Source: Escherichia coli (GTDB taxonomy: Bacteria; Pseudomonadota; Gammaproteobacteria; Enterobacterales; Enterobacteriaceae). Taken from it: 64,000 nt of DNA. The DNA lies in assembly GCF_048403405.1 (NCBI RefSeq), contig NZ_CP183129.1; one strand, written 5' to 3'. This document shows positions 47,537-58,362 of this stretch, in pieces (position 1 is the stretch's first letter; every line of letters starts with the position of its first letter). The notes below the pieces were generated by a model. It had not been told where the DNA came from. It saw only the letters and a list, made by a program, of their open reading frames with translations, and ran no database searches. A program made the translations under genes and the position numbers.

Positions 47537-50213
47537 CGAACCCTTACGTCCCGACCCCGATCGTCTGCTGGAACAAACTGCCGCGCCGCATCGGGGGAAG
47601 CTGAAAGTTTTCTTCGGTGCCTGCGCAGGCGTCGGGAAGACCTGGGCGATGCTGGCAGAAGCCCAGCGACTGCGGGCGCAAGGGCTGGATATTGTGGTTG
47701 GCGTGGTAGAAACCCACGGGCGGAAAGATACCGCCGCAATGCTGGAAGGGCTGGCTGTTCTGCCGTTAAAACGCCAGGCGTACCGTGGGCGGCACATCAG
47801 CGAGTTTGATCTCGATGCCGCCCTCGCCCGCCGTCCGGCACTGATCTTAATGGACGAACTGGCGCACAGTAATGCGCCAGGTTCTCGTCATCCCAAACGC
47901 TGGCAGGATATTGAAGAGTTGCTGGAAGCTGGCATTGATGTTTTCACTACCGTCAACGTTCAACATCTGGAAAGTCTGAATGATGTGGTCAGCGGCGTCA
48001 CCGGAATTCAGGTACGAGAAACCGTGCCCGATCCTTTTTTCGATGCCGCCGACGACGTGGTGCTGGTGGACTTGCCCCCGGACGATCTGCGCCAGCGGCT
48101 GAAAGAAGGCAAAGTCTATATTGCCGGGCAGGCGGAGCGCGCCATTGAACATTTTTTCCGCAAAGGCAATCTGATCGCCCTGCGCGAACTGGCACTGCGC
48201 CGTACTGCCGATCGCGTAGATGAGCAAATGCGCGCCTGGCGGGGGCATCCTGGCGAAGAGAAAGTCTGGCACACGCGCGACGCGATCCTTTTATGCATCG
48301 GGCATAACACCGGCAGCGAAAAACTGGTCCGCGCGGCGGCGCGGCTGGCGTCACGGCTGGGAAGCGTCTGGCACGCGGTGTATGTTGAAACCCCTGCCCT
48401 GCACCGCTTACCGGAGAAAAAACGTCGGGCAATTCTCAGCGCCTTACGTCTGGCGCAGGAGCTGGGCGCGGAGACGGCAACACTTTCTGATCCAGCGGAA
48501 GAGAAAGCGGTAGTGCGTTATGCCCGTGAACATAATCTCGGCAAGATTATTCTCGGTCGCCCGGCCTCGCGCCGCTGGTGGCGTCGGGAAACGTTTGCTG
48601 ACCGACTGGCGCGAATCGCCCCCGATCTCGATCAGGTGCTGGTCGCGCTTGATGAACCACCCGCCCGCACGATAAACAACGCGCCGGATAGCCGCTCTTT
48701 TAAAGACAAGTGGCGGGTACAGATTCAGGGATGCGTGGTTGCCGCCGCGTTATGCGCCGTTATCACCTTAATTGCCATGCAGTGGCTGATGGCGTTTGAT
48801 GCCGCCAACCTGGTGATGCTGTATCTGCTTGGCGTGGTGGTGGTGGCGCTATTTTATGGACGCTGGCCTTCGGTGGTTGCCACCGTTATTAATGTGGTGA
48901 GTTTCGATCTCTTTTTTATCGCCCCACGCGGCACGCTCGCCGTCTCTGATGTGCAATATCTGCTGACCTTCGCGGTGATGTTAACCGTCGGGCTGGTGAT
49001 CGGGAACCTTACTGCGGGTGTGCGTTATCAGGCGCGGGTAGCCCGTTACCGCGAGCAACGCACACGGCACTTATATGAAATGTCGAAAGCTCTGGCTGTG
49101 GGCCGCAGTCCGCAGGACATCGCCGCCACCAGCGAACAATTTATTGCCTCCACGTTTCATGCCCGCAGTCAGGTGTTGTTGCCCGATGACAACGGTAAAT
49201 TGCAGCCGTTAACACATCCGCAAGGAATGACGCCGTGGGACGATGCCATCGCGCAGTGGAGTTTTGATAAAGGCCTGCCTGCGGGCGCGGGCACCGACAC
49301 GTTACCCGGTGTACCGTACCAGATTCTGCCGTTAAAAAGCGGCGAGAAAACCTACGGACTGGTGGTGGTAGAACCGGGGAATCTGCGTCAGTTGATGATC
49401 CCGGAACAGCAGCGCCTGCTGGAGACATTTACGCTGTTAGTCGCCAATGCGCTTGAGCGGCTGACGCTGACCGCCAGCGAAGAACAGGCGCGGATGGCAA
49501 GCGAACGAGAACAGATCCGCAACGCCCTGCTGGCGGCGCTTTCGCATGATTTACGCACGCCGCTTACGGTGCTGTTCGGTCAGGCAGAAATCTTAACGCT
49601 CGATCTGGCAAGCGAAGGATCGCCTCACGCCCGCCAGGCCAGCGAGATTCGCCAGCATGTGCTGAACACGACCCGACTGGTGAATAATCTACTGGATATG
49701 GCGCGAATTCAGTCCGGCGGCTTTAATTTGAAGAAAGAGTGGTTAACGCTGGAAGAAGTGGTCGGCAGCGCGCTGCAAATGCTGGAACCGGGTTTATCGT
49801 CGCCCATCAATCTTTCTCTGCCAGAACCGCTGACCTTAATCCACGTTGACGGGCCGCTCTTTGAACGGGTGCTGATTAATCTGCTGGAGAACGCGGTGAA
49901 ATACGCGGGGGCGCAGGCCGAAATTGGTATCGATGCCCACGTTGAGGGCGAGAAGCTACAACTGGATGTCTGGGATAACGGCCCCGGTCTTCCGCCAGGC
50001 CAGGAGCAGACGATATTTGATAAGTTTGCTCGCGGGAATAAAGAGTCGGCGGTACCGGGTGTCGGGCTTGGGCTGGCAATTTGTCGGGCGATTGTGGATG
50101 TACACGGCGGCACCATTACCGCGTTCAACCGACCGGAAGGTGGTGCCTGTTTTCGTGTTACACTTCCCCAGCAAACTGCCCCTGAACTTGAAGAATTTCA
50201 TGAGGATATGTGA
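47529..50213 (+). CDS. kdpD: sensor histidine kinase KdpD
   Basis: 894 aa from [14 protein letters not shown]; His-kinase [11 protein letters not shown] motif; overlaps kdpC by 8 nt. Confidence 0.95.
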   Translation: MNNEPLRPDPDRLLEQTAAPHRGKLKVFFGACAGVGKTWAMLAEAQRLRAQGLDIVVGVVETHGRKDTAAMLEGLAVLPLKRQAYRGRHISEFDLDAALARRPALILMDELAHSNAPGSRHPKRWQDIEELLEAGIDVFTTVNVQHLESLNDVVSGVTGIQVRETVPDPFFDAADDVVLVDLPPDDLRQRLKEGKVYIAGQAERAIEHFFRKGNLIALRELALRRTADRVDEQMRAWRGHPGEEKVWHTRDAILLCIGHNTGSEKLVRAAARLASRLGSVWHAVYVETPALHRLPEKKRRAILSALRLAQELGAETATLSDPAEEKAVVRYAREHNLGKIILGRPASRRWWRRETFADRLARIAPDLDQVLVALDEPPARTINNAPDSRSFKDKWRVQIQGCVVAAALCAVITLIAMQWLMAFDAANLVMLYLLGVVVVALFYGRWPSVVATVINVVSFDLFFIAPRGTLAVSDVQYLLTFAVMLTVGLVIGNLTAGVRYQARVARYREQRTRHLYEMSKALAVGRSPQDIAATSEQFIASTFHARSQVLLPDDNGKLQPLTHPQGMTPWDDAIAQWSFDKGLPAGAGTDTLPGVPYQILPLKSGEKTYGLVVVEPGNLRQLMIPEQQRLLETFTLLVANALERLTLTASEEQARMASEREQIRNALLAALSHDLRTPLTVLFGQAEILTLDLASEGSPHARQASEIRQHVLNTTRLVNNLLDMARIQSGGFNLKKEWLTLEEVVGSALQMLEPGLSSPINLSLPEPLTLIHVDGPLFERVLINLLENAVKYAGAQAEIGIDAHVEGEKLQLDVWDNGPGLPPGQEQTIFDKFARGNKESAVPGVGLGLAICRAIVDVHGGTITAFNRPEGGACFRVTLPQQTAPELEEFHEDM

Positions 50214-50887
50214 CAAACGTTCTGATTGTTGAAGATGAACAGGCTATTCGTCGCTTTCTGCGCACGGCGCTGGAGGGCGACGGTATGCGCGTCTTTGAGG
50301 CCGAAACGCTGCAACGCGGCTTGCTGGAAGCGGCAACCCGTAAGCCAGATTTGATTATTCTCGATCTCGGCCTGCCCGATGGTGATGGGATTGAGTTTAT
50401 CCGCGACCTGCGCCAGTGGAGCGCGGTGCCGGTGATTGTGCTTTCCGCACGTAGCGAAGAGAGCGATAAAATCGCCGCGCTGGATGCCGGAGCGGATGAT
50501 TACCTGAGTAAGCCATTTGGTATTGGCGAATTGCAGGCCCGTCTGCGCGTCGCTTTACGCCGCCACTCCGCCACCACCGCGCCCGATCCGCTGGTGAAAT
50601 TTTCCGATGTTACCGTCGATTTAGCGGCTCGTGTGATCCATCGCGGTGACGAAGAGGTGCATCTCACCCCGATTGAGTTCCGCCTGCTGGCGGTGCTACT
50701 TAACAATGCCGGAAAAGTACTCACCCAGCGCCAGTTACTCAATCAGGTGTGGGGACCAAACGCGGTCGAACACAGTCATTATTTGCGTATTTATATGGGG
50801 CATCTGCGACAAAAACTGGAACAGGATCCCGCCCGGCCTCGCCATTTCATTACTGAAACCGGTATTGGGTATCGGTTTATGCTTTAG
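50210..50887 (+). CDS. kdpE: response regulator KdpE (OmpR family)
   Basis: 225 aa; GTG start overlapping the kdpD stop (GTGA). Confidence 0.95.
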   Translation: MTNVLIVEDEQAIRRFLRTALEGDGMRVFEAETLQRGLLEAATRKPDLIILDLGLPDGDGIEFIRDLRQWSAVPVIVLSARSEESDKIAALDAGADDYLSKPFGIGELQARLRVALRRHSATTAPDPLVKFSDVTVDLAARVIHRGDEEVHLTPIEFRLLAVLLNNAGKVLTQRQLLNQVWGPNAVEHSHYLRIYMGHLRQKLEQDPARPRHFITETGIGYRFML

Positions 50888-50899
50888 GCGGTTAAATGC

Positions 50900-50990
50900 T
50901 GGATCCGGCATGAACGCCTTATCCGGCCTACAAAATAGCGCAAATTCAATATATTGCACCATCCTCGCAGGCCTGATAAGCGTAGCGCAT
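50900..50990. repeat. REP-type palindromic elements in the kdpE-pgm spacer
   Basis: GCCTTATCCGGCCTAC and AGGCCTGATAAGCGTAGCGCATCAGGC motifs. Confidence 0.6.
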
Positions 50991-51005
50991 CAGGCAGTCA
51001 TAAGT

Positions 51006-51036
51006 AAAAAAGGGCGATCTTCCGACCGCCCTTTTT
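51006..51036. terminator. bidirectional intrinsic terminator between kdpE and pgm
   Basis: AAAAAAGGGCG...CGCCCTTTTT. Confidence 0.65.
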
Positions 51037-51050
51037 CTTATTTAATGTGT

Positions 51051-52691
51051 TTACGCGTTTTTCAGAACTTCGCTAACAATCTCGACCGCTTCTTTCTCGA
51101 TCTGCTTGCGATGCTCTTCACCGAGGAAGCTTTCGCAATAAATCTTGTACGCGTCTTCCGTGCCTGACGGACGCGCGGCGAACCAGCCGTTGTCAGTCAT
51201 CACTTTCAGACCGCCAATAGAAGCACCATTGCCCGGTGCCGCAGTCAGGCGCGCAGTGATCGGGTCACCTGCCAGGGTGCTGGCGCTCACCATTTCCGGA
51301 GACAGCTTAGACAACGCCGCTTTTTGTGCGGAAGTCGCAGCTGCCTGCAAACGGTTGTAGCTCGGCGCACCAAAGCGTTTTGCCAGTTCGTTGTAGTGTT
51401 CCTGCGGGTTCTTACCGGTGACAGCGGTGATTTCCGCCGCCAGCAGACACATAATGATGCCGTCTTTGTCGGTGGACCACGGCGTGCCGTCGAAACGCAG
51501 GAAGGAAGCCCCTGCGCTCTCTTCGCCGCCAAAGCCGAAGCTGCCATCGAACAGACCATCAACAAACCATTTGAAACCTACCGGGACTTCTACCAGCTTA
51601 CGGCCCAAGTCATTGACCACACGGTCGATCATCGCAGATGAAACCAGCGTTTTACCGACAGCAACATCTTTGCCCCACTGCGGACGATGCTGGAACAGGT
51701 AGTTGATCGCCACCGCCAGGTAGTGGTTCGGATTCATCAAACCTGCCGGAGTGACGATACCGTGACGGTCATAATCCGGGTCGTTAGCAAACGCCAGATC
51801 GAACTTATCACGCAGTGCCAGCAGGCCCGCCATCGCACACTCGGAGGAGCAGTCCATACGGATCGCACCGTCTTTATCGAGGTGCATAAAGCGGAAGGTT
51901 TGATCGACCTGATCGTTAACGATGGTCAGGTTGAGGTTGTAATACTCGCCAATGCGCTTCCAGTATTCGATACCGGAACCACCCAGCGGATCAACGCCCA
52001 GCGTCAGGCCCGCTTTCTGAATCGCCGCCATATCAACGATATCGGCCAGCCCTTCCACAAACGGCTGCACCAGATCCTGCTCTTTCACATGACCGGATGC
52101 CATCGCTTCGTCGAGGGAGATACGCTTCACGCCTTTCAGGCCATCGGCCATCAGTGCGTTGGCCCTGTCTTCCACCACTTTGGTGACGTTAGTATCAGCC
52201 GGGCCACCATTTGGCGGATTGTACTTGATACCACCATCTTCCGGCGGGTTATGGGACGGTGTAATCACGATACCGTCTGCCAGAGGGCCACCTTTTTTAT
52301 TGTGAACCAGAATGGCATTGGAAATGGCAGGTGTCGGAGTGAAGCCATTGTTTTCCTGCACAATGACATCAACGCCGTTCGCTGCCAGCACTTCCAGTAC
52401 GGAAATGAACGCAGGCTCGGACAGGGCGTGAGTATCTTTACCCACATAGCAAGGGCCAGTGATGCCGTTTTTCGCACGTTCTTCAGCAATTGCCTGAGCG
52501 ATCGCCAGAATGTGCGGCTCGTTAAAGCTGTGGCGCGCTGCACTGCCACGGTGACCGGAAGTACCGAATTTCACCGCGTGCTCCGCATTCCCTGCTTCTG
52601 GTTTCAGTACATAATATTGCGCCGTCAGTTGGGCGACGTTAATCAAATCACTCTGTTGTGCAGGTTGGCCTGCACGATTGTGGATTGCCAT
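51051..52691 (-). CDS. pgm: phosphoglucomutase
   Basis: 546 aa from [19 protein letters not shown]; active-site TASHNP-like region ([12 protein letters not shown]). Confidence 0.95.
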   Translation of the reverse strand: MAIHNRAGQPAQQSDLINVAQLTAQYYVLKPEAGNAEHAVKFGTSGHRGSAARHSFNEPHILAIAQAIAEERAKNGITGPCYVGKDTHALSEPAFISVLEVLAANGVDVIVQENNGFTPTPAISNAILVHNKKGGPLADGIVITPSHNPPEDGGIKYNPPNGGPADTNVTKVVEDRANALMADGLKGVKRISLDEAMASGHVKEQDLVQPFVEGLADIVDMAAIQKAGLTLGVDPLGGSGIEYWKRIGEYYNLNLTIVNDQVDQTFRFMHLDKDGAIRMDCSSECAMAGLLALRDKFDLAFANDPDYDRHGIVTPAGLMNPNHYLAVAINYLFQHRPQWGKDVAVGKTLVSSAMIDRVVNDLGRKLVEVPVGFKWFVDGLFDGSFGFGGEESAGASFLRFDGTPWSTDKDGIIMCLLAAEITAVTGKNPQEHYNELAKRFGAPSYNRLQAAATSAQKAALSKLSPEMVSASTLAGDPITARLTAAPGNGASIGGLKVMTDNGWFAARPSGTEDAYKIYCESFLGEEHRKQIEKEAVEIVSEVLKNA

Positions 52692-52716
52692 TGCTTTGTC
52701 CTTTGTCTGCAACGTT

Positions 52717-53262
52717 TTAGATAGTTCCGCAAACCTTCTCAATCAATTCCGCCGGGAATTGCATCGACTGCATGATGTGTTCGATCATGCTGCATTTACG
52801 GCCGGTGTTGGTGTTGGTGATCACCCAATACGGCGTGCCAGGCACATGTTTCGGCTTGGTCTGATTACCATTTTTCAGCAGCGTTTGTTCATCTGCCGCA
52901 AAGTAAACGCGTGTACGACCGTGCAACGATTCCGTTGCCTCGGCAAACGCCTGGGCGTCAAGAGAATATAGTGTAGACAACAGCAGCATGAAGCGATTGA
53001 CCGCTCGCTTTTGCTCTGCGTATTCGTCCGAAAGCAGAAGTTCACGCATTGCGCGAACCTTGTCTTTAATCGTTTTGACCGGCTTCGCTTCGACGATAGC
53101 AGGTGACGCAACGCGAACCTCTTTCGTCACCGGAGCAGCAGGCTGTGATGCGGCGGAAAATTTCAACATACGCCGTAAAATGTCGGATGCGCTCTCGCCG
53201 ATATGCTTAGTGTGGCTGGCAATATAGCTGTAGAGTTCATCATCAACTTCAATCGTTTTCAT
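52717..53262 (-). CDS. seqA: replication initiation negative regulator SeqA
   Basis: 181 aa from [35 protein letters not shown]. Confidence 0.95.
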
Positions 53263-53446
53263 CTTAATCCAGTGCAGTGTCTTAGCTGAATACAAGTCGC
53301 CAGGAGTATATGAATAAATCCCGGCAGCGGATAGCGTCAAGCCTGGCTTGCAGAAAAACTCGGAATAAACCTTATTTGTTGCAGCCCTGTGGCACAATGG
53401 TCAACATAATACCCTAACCCGACAACGCGAAAAAAAGAACTTTGCC

Positions 53447-54211
53447 ATGAAATTGAATATCCGCGCGCAAACTGCACAAAACCAGCACAATAATTCTCCC
53501 ATCGTTCTTGTCCACGGTCTGTTTGGCAGCCTCGACAACCTTGGCGTACTGGCTCGCGATCTGGTAAACGATCACAATATCATCCAGGTTGATATGCGTA
53601 ACCACGGTCTTTCACCGAGAGATCCGGTGATGAATTACCCGTCGATGGCGCAGGATCTTGTTGATACCCTGGATGCACTGCAGATCGATAAAGCAACATT
53701 TATCGGTCACTCCATGGGCGGTAAAGCGGTAATGGCACTTACTGCACTGGCCCCCGATCGCATCGATAAACTGGTGGCGATTGACATCGCGCCGGTCGAC
53801 TATCACGTACGCCGTCATGATGAGATTTTCGCGGCCATCAACGCAGTCAGTGAATCGGACGCACAAACTCGCCAGCAAGCAGCAGCAATAATGCGCCAGC
53901 ATCTTAATGAAGAAGGGGTGATTCAGTTTCTGTTGAAATCTCTTGTTGACGGGGAGTGGCGCTTTAACGTGCCGGTATTGTGGGATCAGTATCCGCATAT
54001 TGTGGGTTGGGAGAAAATCCCGGCATGGGATCACCCTGCCCTGTTTATCCCTGGCGGCAATTCTCCGTATGTTAGCGAGCAGTACCGTGATGATTTACTG
54101 GCACAATTTCCACAGGCACGGGCGCATGTGATTGCAGGCGCGGGTCACTGGGTCCATGCTGAAAAACCGGATGCGGTATTACGCGCTATCCGTCGCTATC
54201 TCAATGATTAA
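53447..54211 (+). CDS. ybfF: alpha/beta-hydrolase esterase (acyl-CoA esterase)
   Basis: 254 aa; GHSMGG nucleophile elbow. Confidence 0.9.
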   Translation: MKLNIRAQTAQNQHNNSPIVLVHGLFGSLDNLGVLARDLVNDHNIIQVDMRNHGLSPRDPVMNYPSMAQDLVDTLDALQIDKATFIGHSMGGKAVMALTALAPDRIDKLVAIDIAPVDYHVRRHDEIFAAINAVSESDAQTRQQAAAIMRQHLNEEGVIQFLLKSLVDGEWRFNVPVLWDQYPHIVGWEKIPAWDHPALFIPGGNSPYVSEQYRDDLLAQFPQARAHVIAGAGHWVHAEKPDAVLRAIRRYLND

Positions 54212-54350
54212 CGCAACTGATTAAAAACCCAGCGTCCGCGTCGCTTTCCGCGCGTGGGCGTTGGCGTGACTCATCGCGCTGATGTATTATGGCGCGCTAT
54301 CCATCCGGGCAGAGGCCTGGCTGATTGTTTCCCCCGAAGTCACCAAAATC

Positions 54351-54644
54351 ATGGCCAAAGAACAAACGGACCGTACGACATTAGATCTGTTCGCGCACGA
54401 GCGTCGACCGGGACGACCGAAAACTAATCCGCTTTCGCGCGATGAACAGCTGCGTATTAATAAACGCAACCAGCTAAAACGCGACAAAGTACGTGGCCTT
54501 AAGCGTGTCGAACTGAAGCTGAACGCGGAAGCTGTCGAGGCGCTGAACGAGCTGGCGGAATCGCGCAATATGAGCCGTAGCGAACTGATCGAAGAGATGT
54601 TAATGCAGCAACTGGCGGCGCTGCGTAGTCAGGGCATCGTTTAA
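54351..54644 (+). CDS. ybfE: small CopG/ribbon-helix-helix-like protein
   Basis: 97 aa from [14 protein letters not shown]. Confidence 0.75.
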   Translation: MAKEQTDRTTLDLFAHERRPGRPKTNPLSRDEQLRINKRNQLKRDKVRGLKRVELKLNAEAVEALNELAESRNMSRSELIEEMLMQQLAALRSQGIV

Positions 54645-54783
54645 ATTTCCACTTTCATGTAGCACAGTGTGCAGTCCTGCTCGTTTGCTGATTCCGCAAG
54701 ACTGCCTGTTCTGCTATGATTGCCTTTATCCGTGGGCAATTTTCCACCCCCATTTCAATAAGTTTCAAGAGGTTATTTCACTC

Positions 54784-55314
54784 ATGGCTATCACTGGCAT
54801 CTTTTTCGGCAGCGACACCGGTAATACCGAAAATATCGCAAAAATGATTCAAAAACAGCTTGGTAAAGACGTTGCCGATGTCCATGACATTGCAAAAAGC
54901 AGCAAAGAAGATCTGGAAGCATATGACATTCTGCTGCTGGGCATCCCAACCTGGTATTACGGCGAAGCGCAGTGTGACTGGGATGACTTCTTTCCGACTC
55001 TCGAAGAGATTGATTTCAATGGCAAACTGGTTGCGCTGTTTGGTTGTGGTGACCAGGAAGATTACGCTGAATACTTCTGTGACGCATTGGGCACCATCCG
55101 CGACATCATTGAACCGCGCGGTGCAACCATTGTTGGTCACTGGCCAACTGCGGGCTATCATTTCGAAGCATCAAAAGGTCTGGCTGATGACGACCACTTT
55201 GTCGGTCTGGCTATCGACGAAGACCGTCAGCCGGAACTGACCGCTGAACGTGTAGAAAAATGGGTTAAACAGATTTCTGAAGAGTTGCATCTCGACGAAA
55301 TTCTCAATGCCTGA
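54784..55314 (+). CDS. fldA: flavodoxin 1
   Basis: 176 aa from [23 protein letters not shown]. Confidence 0.96.
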
Positions 55315-55332
55315 TGTGATGCGGCGTAGACT

Positions 55333-55354
55333 CATGTCTACGCCGTATTAATAG
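55333..55354 (+). other. stem-loop immediately downstream of fldA
   Basis: GGCGTAGAC-TCAT-GTCTACGCC; no clear T-run, so terminator function is uncertain. Confidence 0.4.
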
Positions 55355-55516
55355 ATAATGCCAATCAAAATAATTGCTACAAATTTGTAACTTTTGCTGT
55401 TGTACCTGTACAATGTCCCGGTGTTCAAGTGGCCTTGCCGTTGTAAATGTAAGCAGTGCCACGTTTTTATTAACAATATTTGCCAGGGACTTGTGGTTTT
55501 CATTTAGGCGTGGCAA

Positions 55517-55535
55517 TTCTATAATGATACGCATT
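55517..55535 (+). promoter_or_regulatory. Fur box (autoregulatory operator) in the fur promoter
   Basis: TATAATGATACGCATTATC, a close match to the GATAATGATAATCATTATC consensus; overlaps the uof start codon. Confidence 0.75.
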
Positions 55536-55610
55536 ATCTCAAGAGCAAATTCTGTCACTTCTCCTAATGAAGTGAACCGCTTAGTAACAGGACAGATTCC
55601 GCATGACTGA
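55524..55610 (+). CDS. uof: fur leader peptide (upstream ORF of fur)
   Basis: 28-aa ORF MIRIISRANSVTSPNEVNRLVTGQIPHD whose stop overlaps the fur start. Confidence 0.75.
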   Translation: MIRIISRANSVTSPNEVNRLVTGQIPHD

Positions 55611-56049
55611 TAACAATACCGCCCTAAAGAAAGCTGGCCTGAAAGTAACGCTTCCTCGCTTGAAAATCCTGGAAGTTCTTCAGGAGCCGGACAACCATCA
55701 CGTCAGTGCGGAAGATTTATACAAACGTCTGATCGATATGGGTGAAGAAATTGGTCTGGCTACGGTATATCGCGTACTGAACCAGTTTGACGACGCTGGT
55801 ATCGTCACCCGCCACAATTTTGAAGGCGGTAAATCCGTATTTGAACTGACACAGCAACATCACCACGATCACCTGATCTGCCTCGACTGCGGCAAGGTAA
55901 TCGAATTTAGTGATGATTCCATCGAAGCGCGTCAGCGTGAAATTGCCGCAAAACATGGCATTCGCCTGACTAACCACAGTCTCTATCTTTACGGTCACTG
56001 TGCCGAAGGCGATTGCCGCGAAGATGAGCACGCGCACGAAGGCAAATAA
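55603..56049 (+). CDS. fur: ferric uptake regulator
   Basis: 148 aa; MTDNNTALKKAGLKVTLPRLKILEVLQ. Confidence 0.97.
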   Translation: MTDNNTALKKAGLKVTLPRLKILEVLQEPDNHHVSAEDLYKRLIDMGEEIGLATVYRVLNQFDDAGIVTRHNFEGGKSVFELTQQHHHDHLICLDCGKVIEFSDDSIEARQREIAAKHGIRLTNHSLYLYGHCAEGDCREDEHAHEGK

Positions 56050-56066
56050 GCCAGCCGGAACGAGAA

Positions 56067-56093
56067 AAGCCAACCTGCGGGTTGGCTTTTTTA
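56067..56093 (+). terminator. intrinsic terminator downstream of fur
   Basis: AAGCCAACC-TGCG-GGTTGGCTT followed by a T-run. Confidence 0.65.
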
Positions 56094-56132
56094 TACACGG
56101 GAAATAAGAAAAGCGAGAGTTACAGCTCTCAC

Positions 56133-56459
56133 TTATTTGTTATTACTGCGAATTTCCTGCCAGACCTTATCACAATCGGCTTTTACCGCCTGGTCATTAC
56201 CGGTTTGCGTTGCGCGCAGACACTGCTGATAATCCAGTACGCGTACACTTTCCTGGTCGGCAAAATGCTGATGTTGTCTCTCTTTCTTCAGCACGTTTAA
56301 CACGCTCTGGCAGGCTTCAATTTTTTCCGGCGAACCTTGCGCGGTGTTAATACAGGCGCTGTATGCCTCTTTCAGACGACTGTCTTCCTGTGGCGCGGTT
56401 GATTGCGCACAAGCTACCAGCCCCGATGCCATTATGGCGATGAGAATCAGTTTTTTCAT
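56133..56459 (-). CDS. chiQ: chitooligosaccharide-associated lipoprotein ChiQ
   Basis: 108 aa with lipoprotein signal MKKLILIAIMASGLVAC; downstream of chiP. Confidence 0.85.
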   Translation of the reverse strand: MKKLILIAIMASGLVACAQSTAPQEDSRLKEAYSACINTAQGSPEKIEACQSVLNVLKKERQHQHFADQESVRVLDYQQCLRATQTGNDQAVKADCDKVWQEIRSNNK

Positions 56460-56508
56460 AGCAAATTCCTCAAACGTGCGGCAGGCACAAAACCTGCCGT
56501 GTCGGACA

Positions 56509-57915
56509 TCAGAAGATGGTGAATGGTGCGATTACCATAAATTTCACGTCACGCTCATCCTGGAAGATGTTGCCGTAACCACCGCCCCAGCTTGGGATGT
56601 CGGAGTGGTTGTCGTATTCGGTGAAGTGCAGTTTGAACATCGTGCCTTTGGCGCGACCGTCCTGAATGGTGTACACCGCATCCAGGCTGTAGGCAGACTC
56701 TTCAATAGTCCGGTTTTTGTCGTAGTACGCATCCGGATTGCTCTGCCAGGTAGCGGGCTTAGCATCCCATGCGTAAACGTAGGAAGCGCCGATGGCGAAG
56801 CCTGGAAGATTCCAGTTTTTCAGGTCATACATCGCACCGAAGAAGACCGCTTTTTCGCCGTTAGCGTTGAAGTCGGAACGGTTATCCCACCAGATATCCA
56901 GGCGGCCGTTGGAGGAAGCGTAGGTTGGAGTCATACGTTGCAGGAAGTATCCCTGCTGACCGTCGGCTTTAACCCAGGTGCCTTCCAGACGCAAATCCAC
57001 TACATCAGCCGCCCGGTAACCAAAGGTCAACGCTTGCAGCCAGGCAGTGCCGTCGTAAAGGTCGTTGACGCTGCGATCGTCAACTTTATCGCGCGTACCG
57101 TAGAACTGGTAGCTGGTGGTTAACGGGCTACCGGCGATATCAAATTTGTAGCTGGCTTTGGCAAAGTATTGATCGATATACCCTTCCGCCTGACCAAATG
57201 CTGCTTCCAGTACAAAGTTATTTTTGAAGTCGTACTTCGCACCGATGGAGTGCAGATAATCAACTTTGGTAGTTTTATCGTTCTGATAAAACTCATCCAT
57301 TTCGAGATGCCACGGTGCTTTGTATTCGTTGGTCCACATGTAGGAGAAACTCAACGCACCAGCATCGCCGTAATCAAAATTCGCCCCGGCTTCCGCCCCC
57401 TGATAAGTACCCGGCATAAAGCTCCAGTGCGGCGCTAACAGCGTTTGACCAGTTGGCTGAATGTAACCTGCCCTCGCCCAAACCGGACCGTATTTAAATT
57501 TGGCCGCTGCTTTATACAGGCTTATACCGCTTTTGTCGCCGGACCAGTCTTCGTCATAGGCTTTATTACTTTTTGAAAACGCGATTTCGTTCGGGTGAGA
57601 GCTGTCACCGTTTTCCGCCATTTCAATCGCCGTAAACGCAGCAATATCAAGGCCGAACATATCAGCAGCATAACCAGACTGAAAATCGAGGTTGGCGTTC
57701 CAGGTGGAGTGAGAAAGGTTGGTTTTGTATTTGTCGCCGTCGGTAACATCTTTACGGTCGCGTTCACGCTGCCAGTAATAGATACCGCCGGTTAAGGTTG
57801 AATCGTCGATGAATCCTTCGGCGCGAGCCTCCGGCATTGCCATAAAGCCCGACATTGCTGTAACACCGGCGATAGCCAGCGCCAGCGTACTACGTTTGCC
57901 ACTAAACGTACGCAT
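56509..57915 (-). CDS. chiP: chitoporin (OprD-family outer-membrane porin)
   Basis: 468 aa; signal peptide; C-terminal Phe (beta-barrel signature). Confidence 0.9.
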   Translation of the reverse strand: MRTFSGKRSTLALAIAGVTAMSGFMAMPEARAEGFIDDSTLTGGIYYWQRERDRKDVTDGDKYKTNLSHSTWNANLDFQSGYAADMFGLDIAAFTAIEMAENGDSSHPNEIAFSKSNKAYDEDWSGDKSGISLYKAAAKFKYGPVWARAGYIQPTGQTLLAPHWSFMPGTYQGAEAGANFDYGDAGALSFSYMWTNEYKAPWHLEMDEFYQNDKTTKVDYLHSIGAKYDFKNNFVLEAAFGQAEGYIDQYFAKASYKFDIAGSPLTTSYQFYGTRDKVDDRSVNDLYDGTAWLQALTFGYRAADVVDLRLEGTWVKADGQQGYFLQRMTPTYASSNGRLDIWWDNRSDFNANGEKAVFFGAMYDLKNWNLPGFAIGASYVYAWDAKPATWQSNPDAYYDKNRTIEESAYSLDAVYTIQDGRAKGTMFKLHFTEYDNHSDIPSWGGGYGNIFQDERDVKFMVIAPFTIF

Positions 57916-58265
57916 GGGTTAATCCTCTTTGACGTATAAATTGCTGCACCAAAGGTGAACAGCGAAAAAAATAAAAATTAAAAAAGTAGCGTTGAGAAAA
58001 GTCTCGCTGACTACAGGAACAGACTATTTTTCGCGACGCGAATTATCAATCTCTTTCTGTAACCAGAATGTAAGAACATGAGCAACCGCACATATTTTGA
58101 TGATTTTTGTTACAAGGCTTAAGTTGTAGTTGAAAGGTGTGTTGAAGAAAAAATGCGTGAATTTCCAGCAAGATGAAAGCGGTTACATTTTATTTAATTA
58201 TGATTTGTAATTTTAAATTTGCTTTATGAATAAATTACGAAGCAGAATTAATTCGCGAAGAAAAG

Positions 58266-58295
58266 CAGAAAAAAACGCCGCGGAGCGCGGCGTTT
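58266..58295 (-). terminator. intrinsic terminator downstream of glnS
   Basis: Minus strand CGCCGCG-CTC-CGCGGCG followed by a T-run. Confidence 0.6.
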
Positions 58296-58362
58296 GGGAT
58301 TGTTTGCATATTTCTTGCCGGATGCGGCGTAAACGCCTCACCCGGCCTGGTAGAACTTAAAA

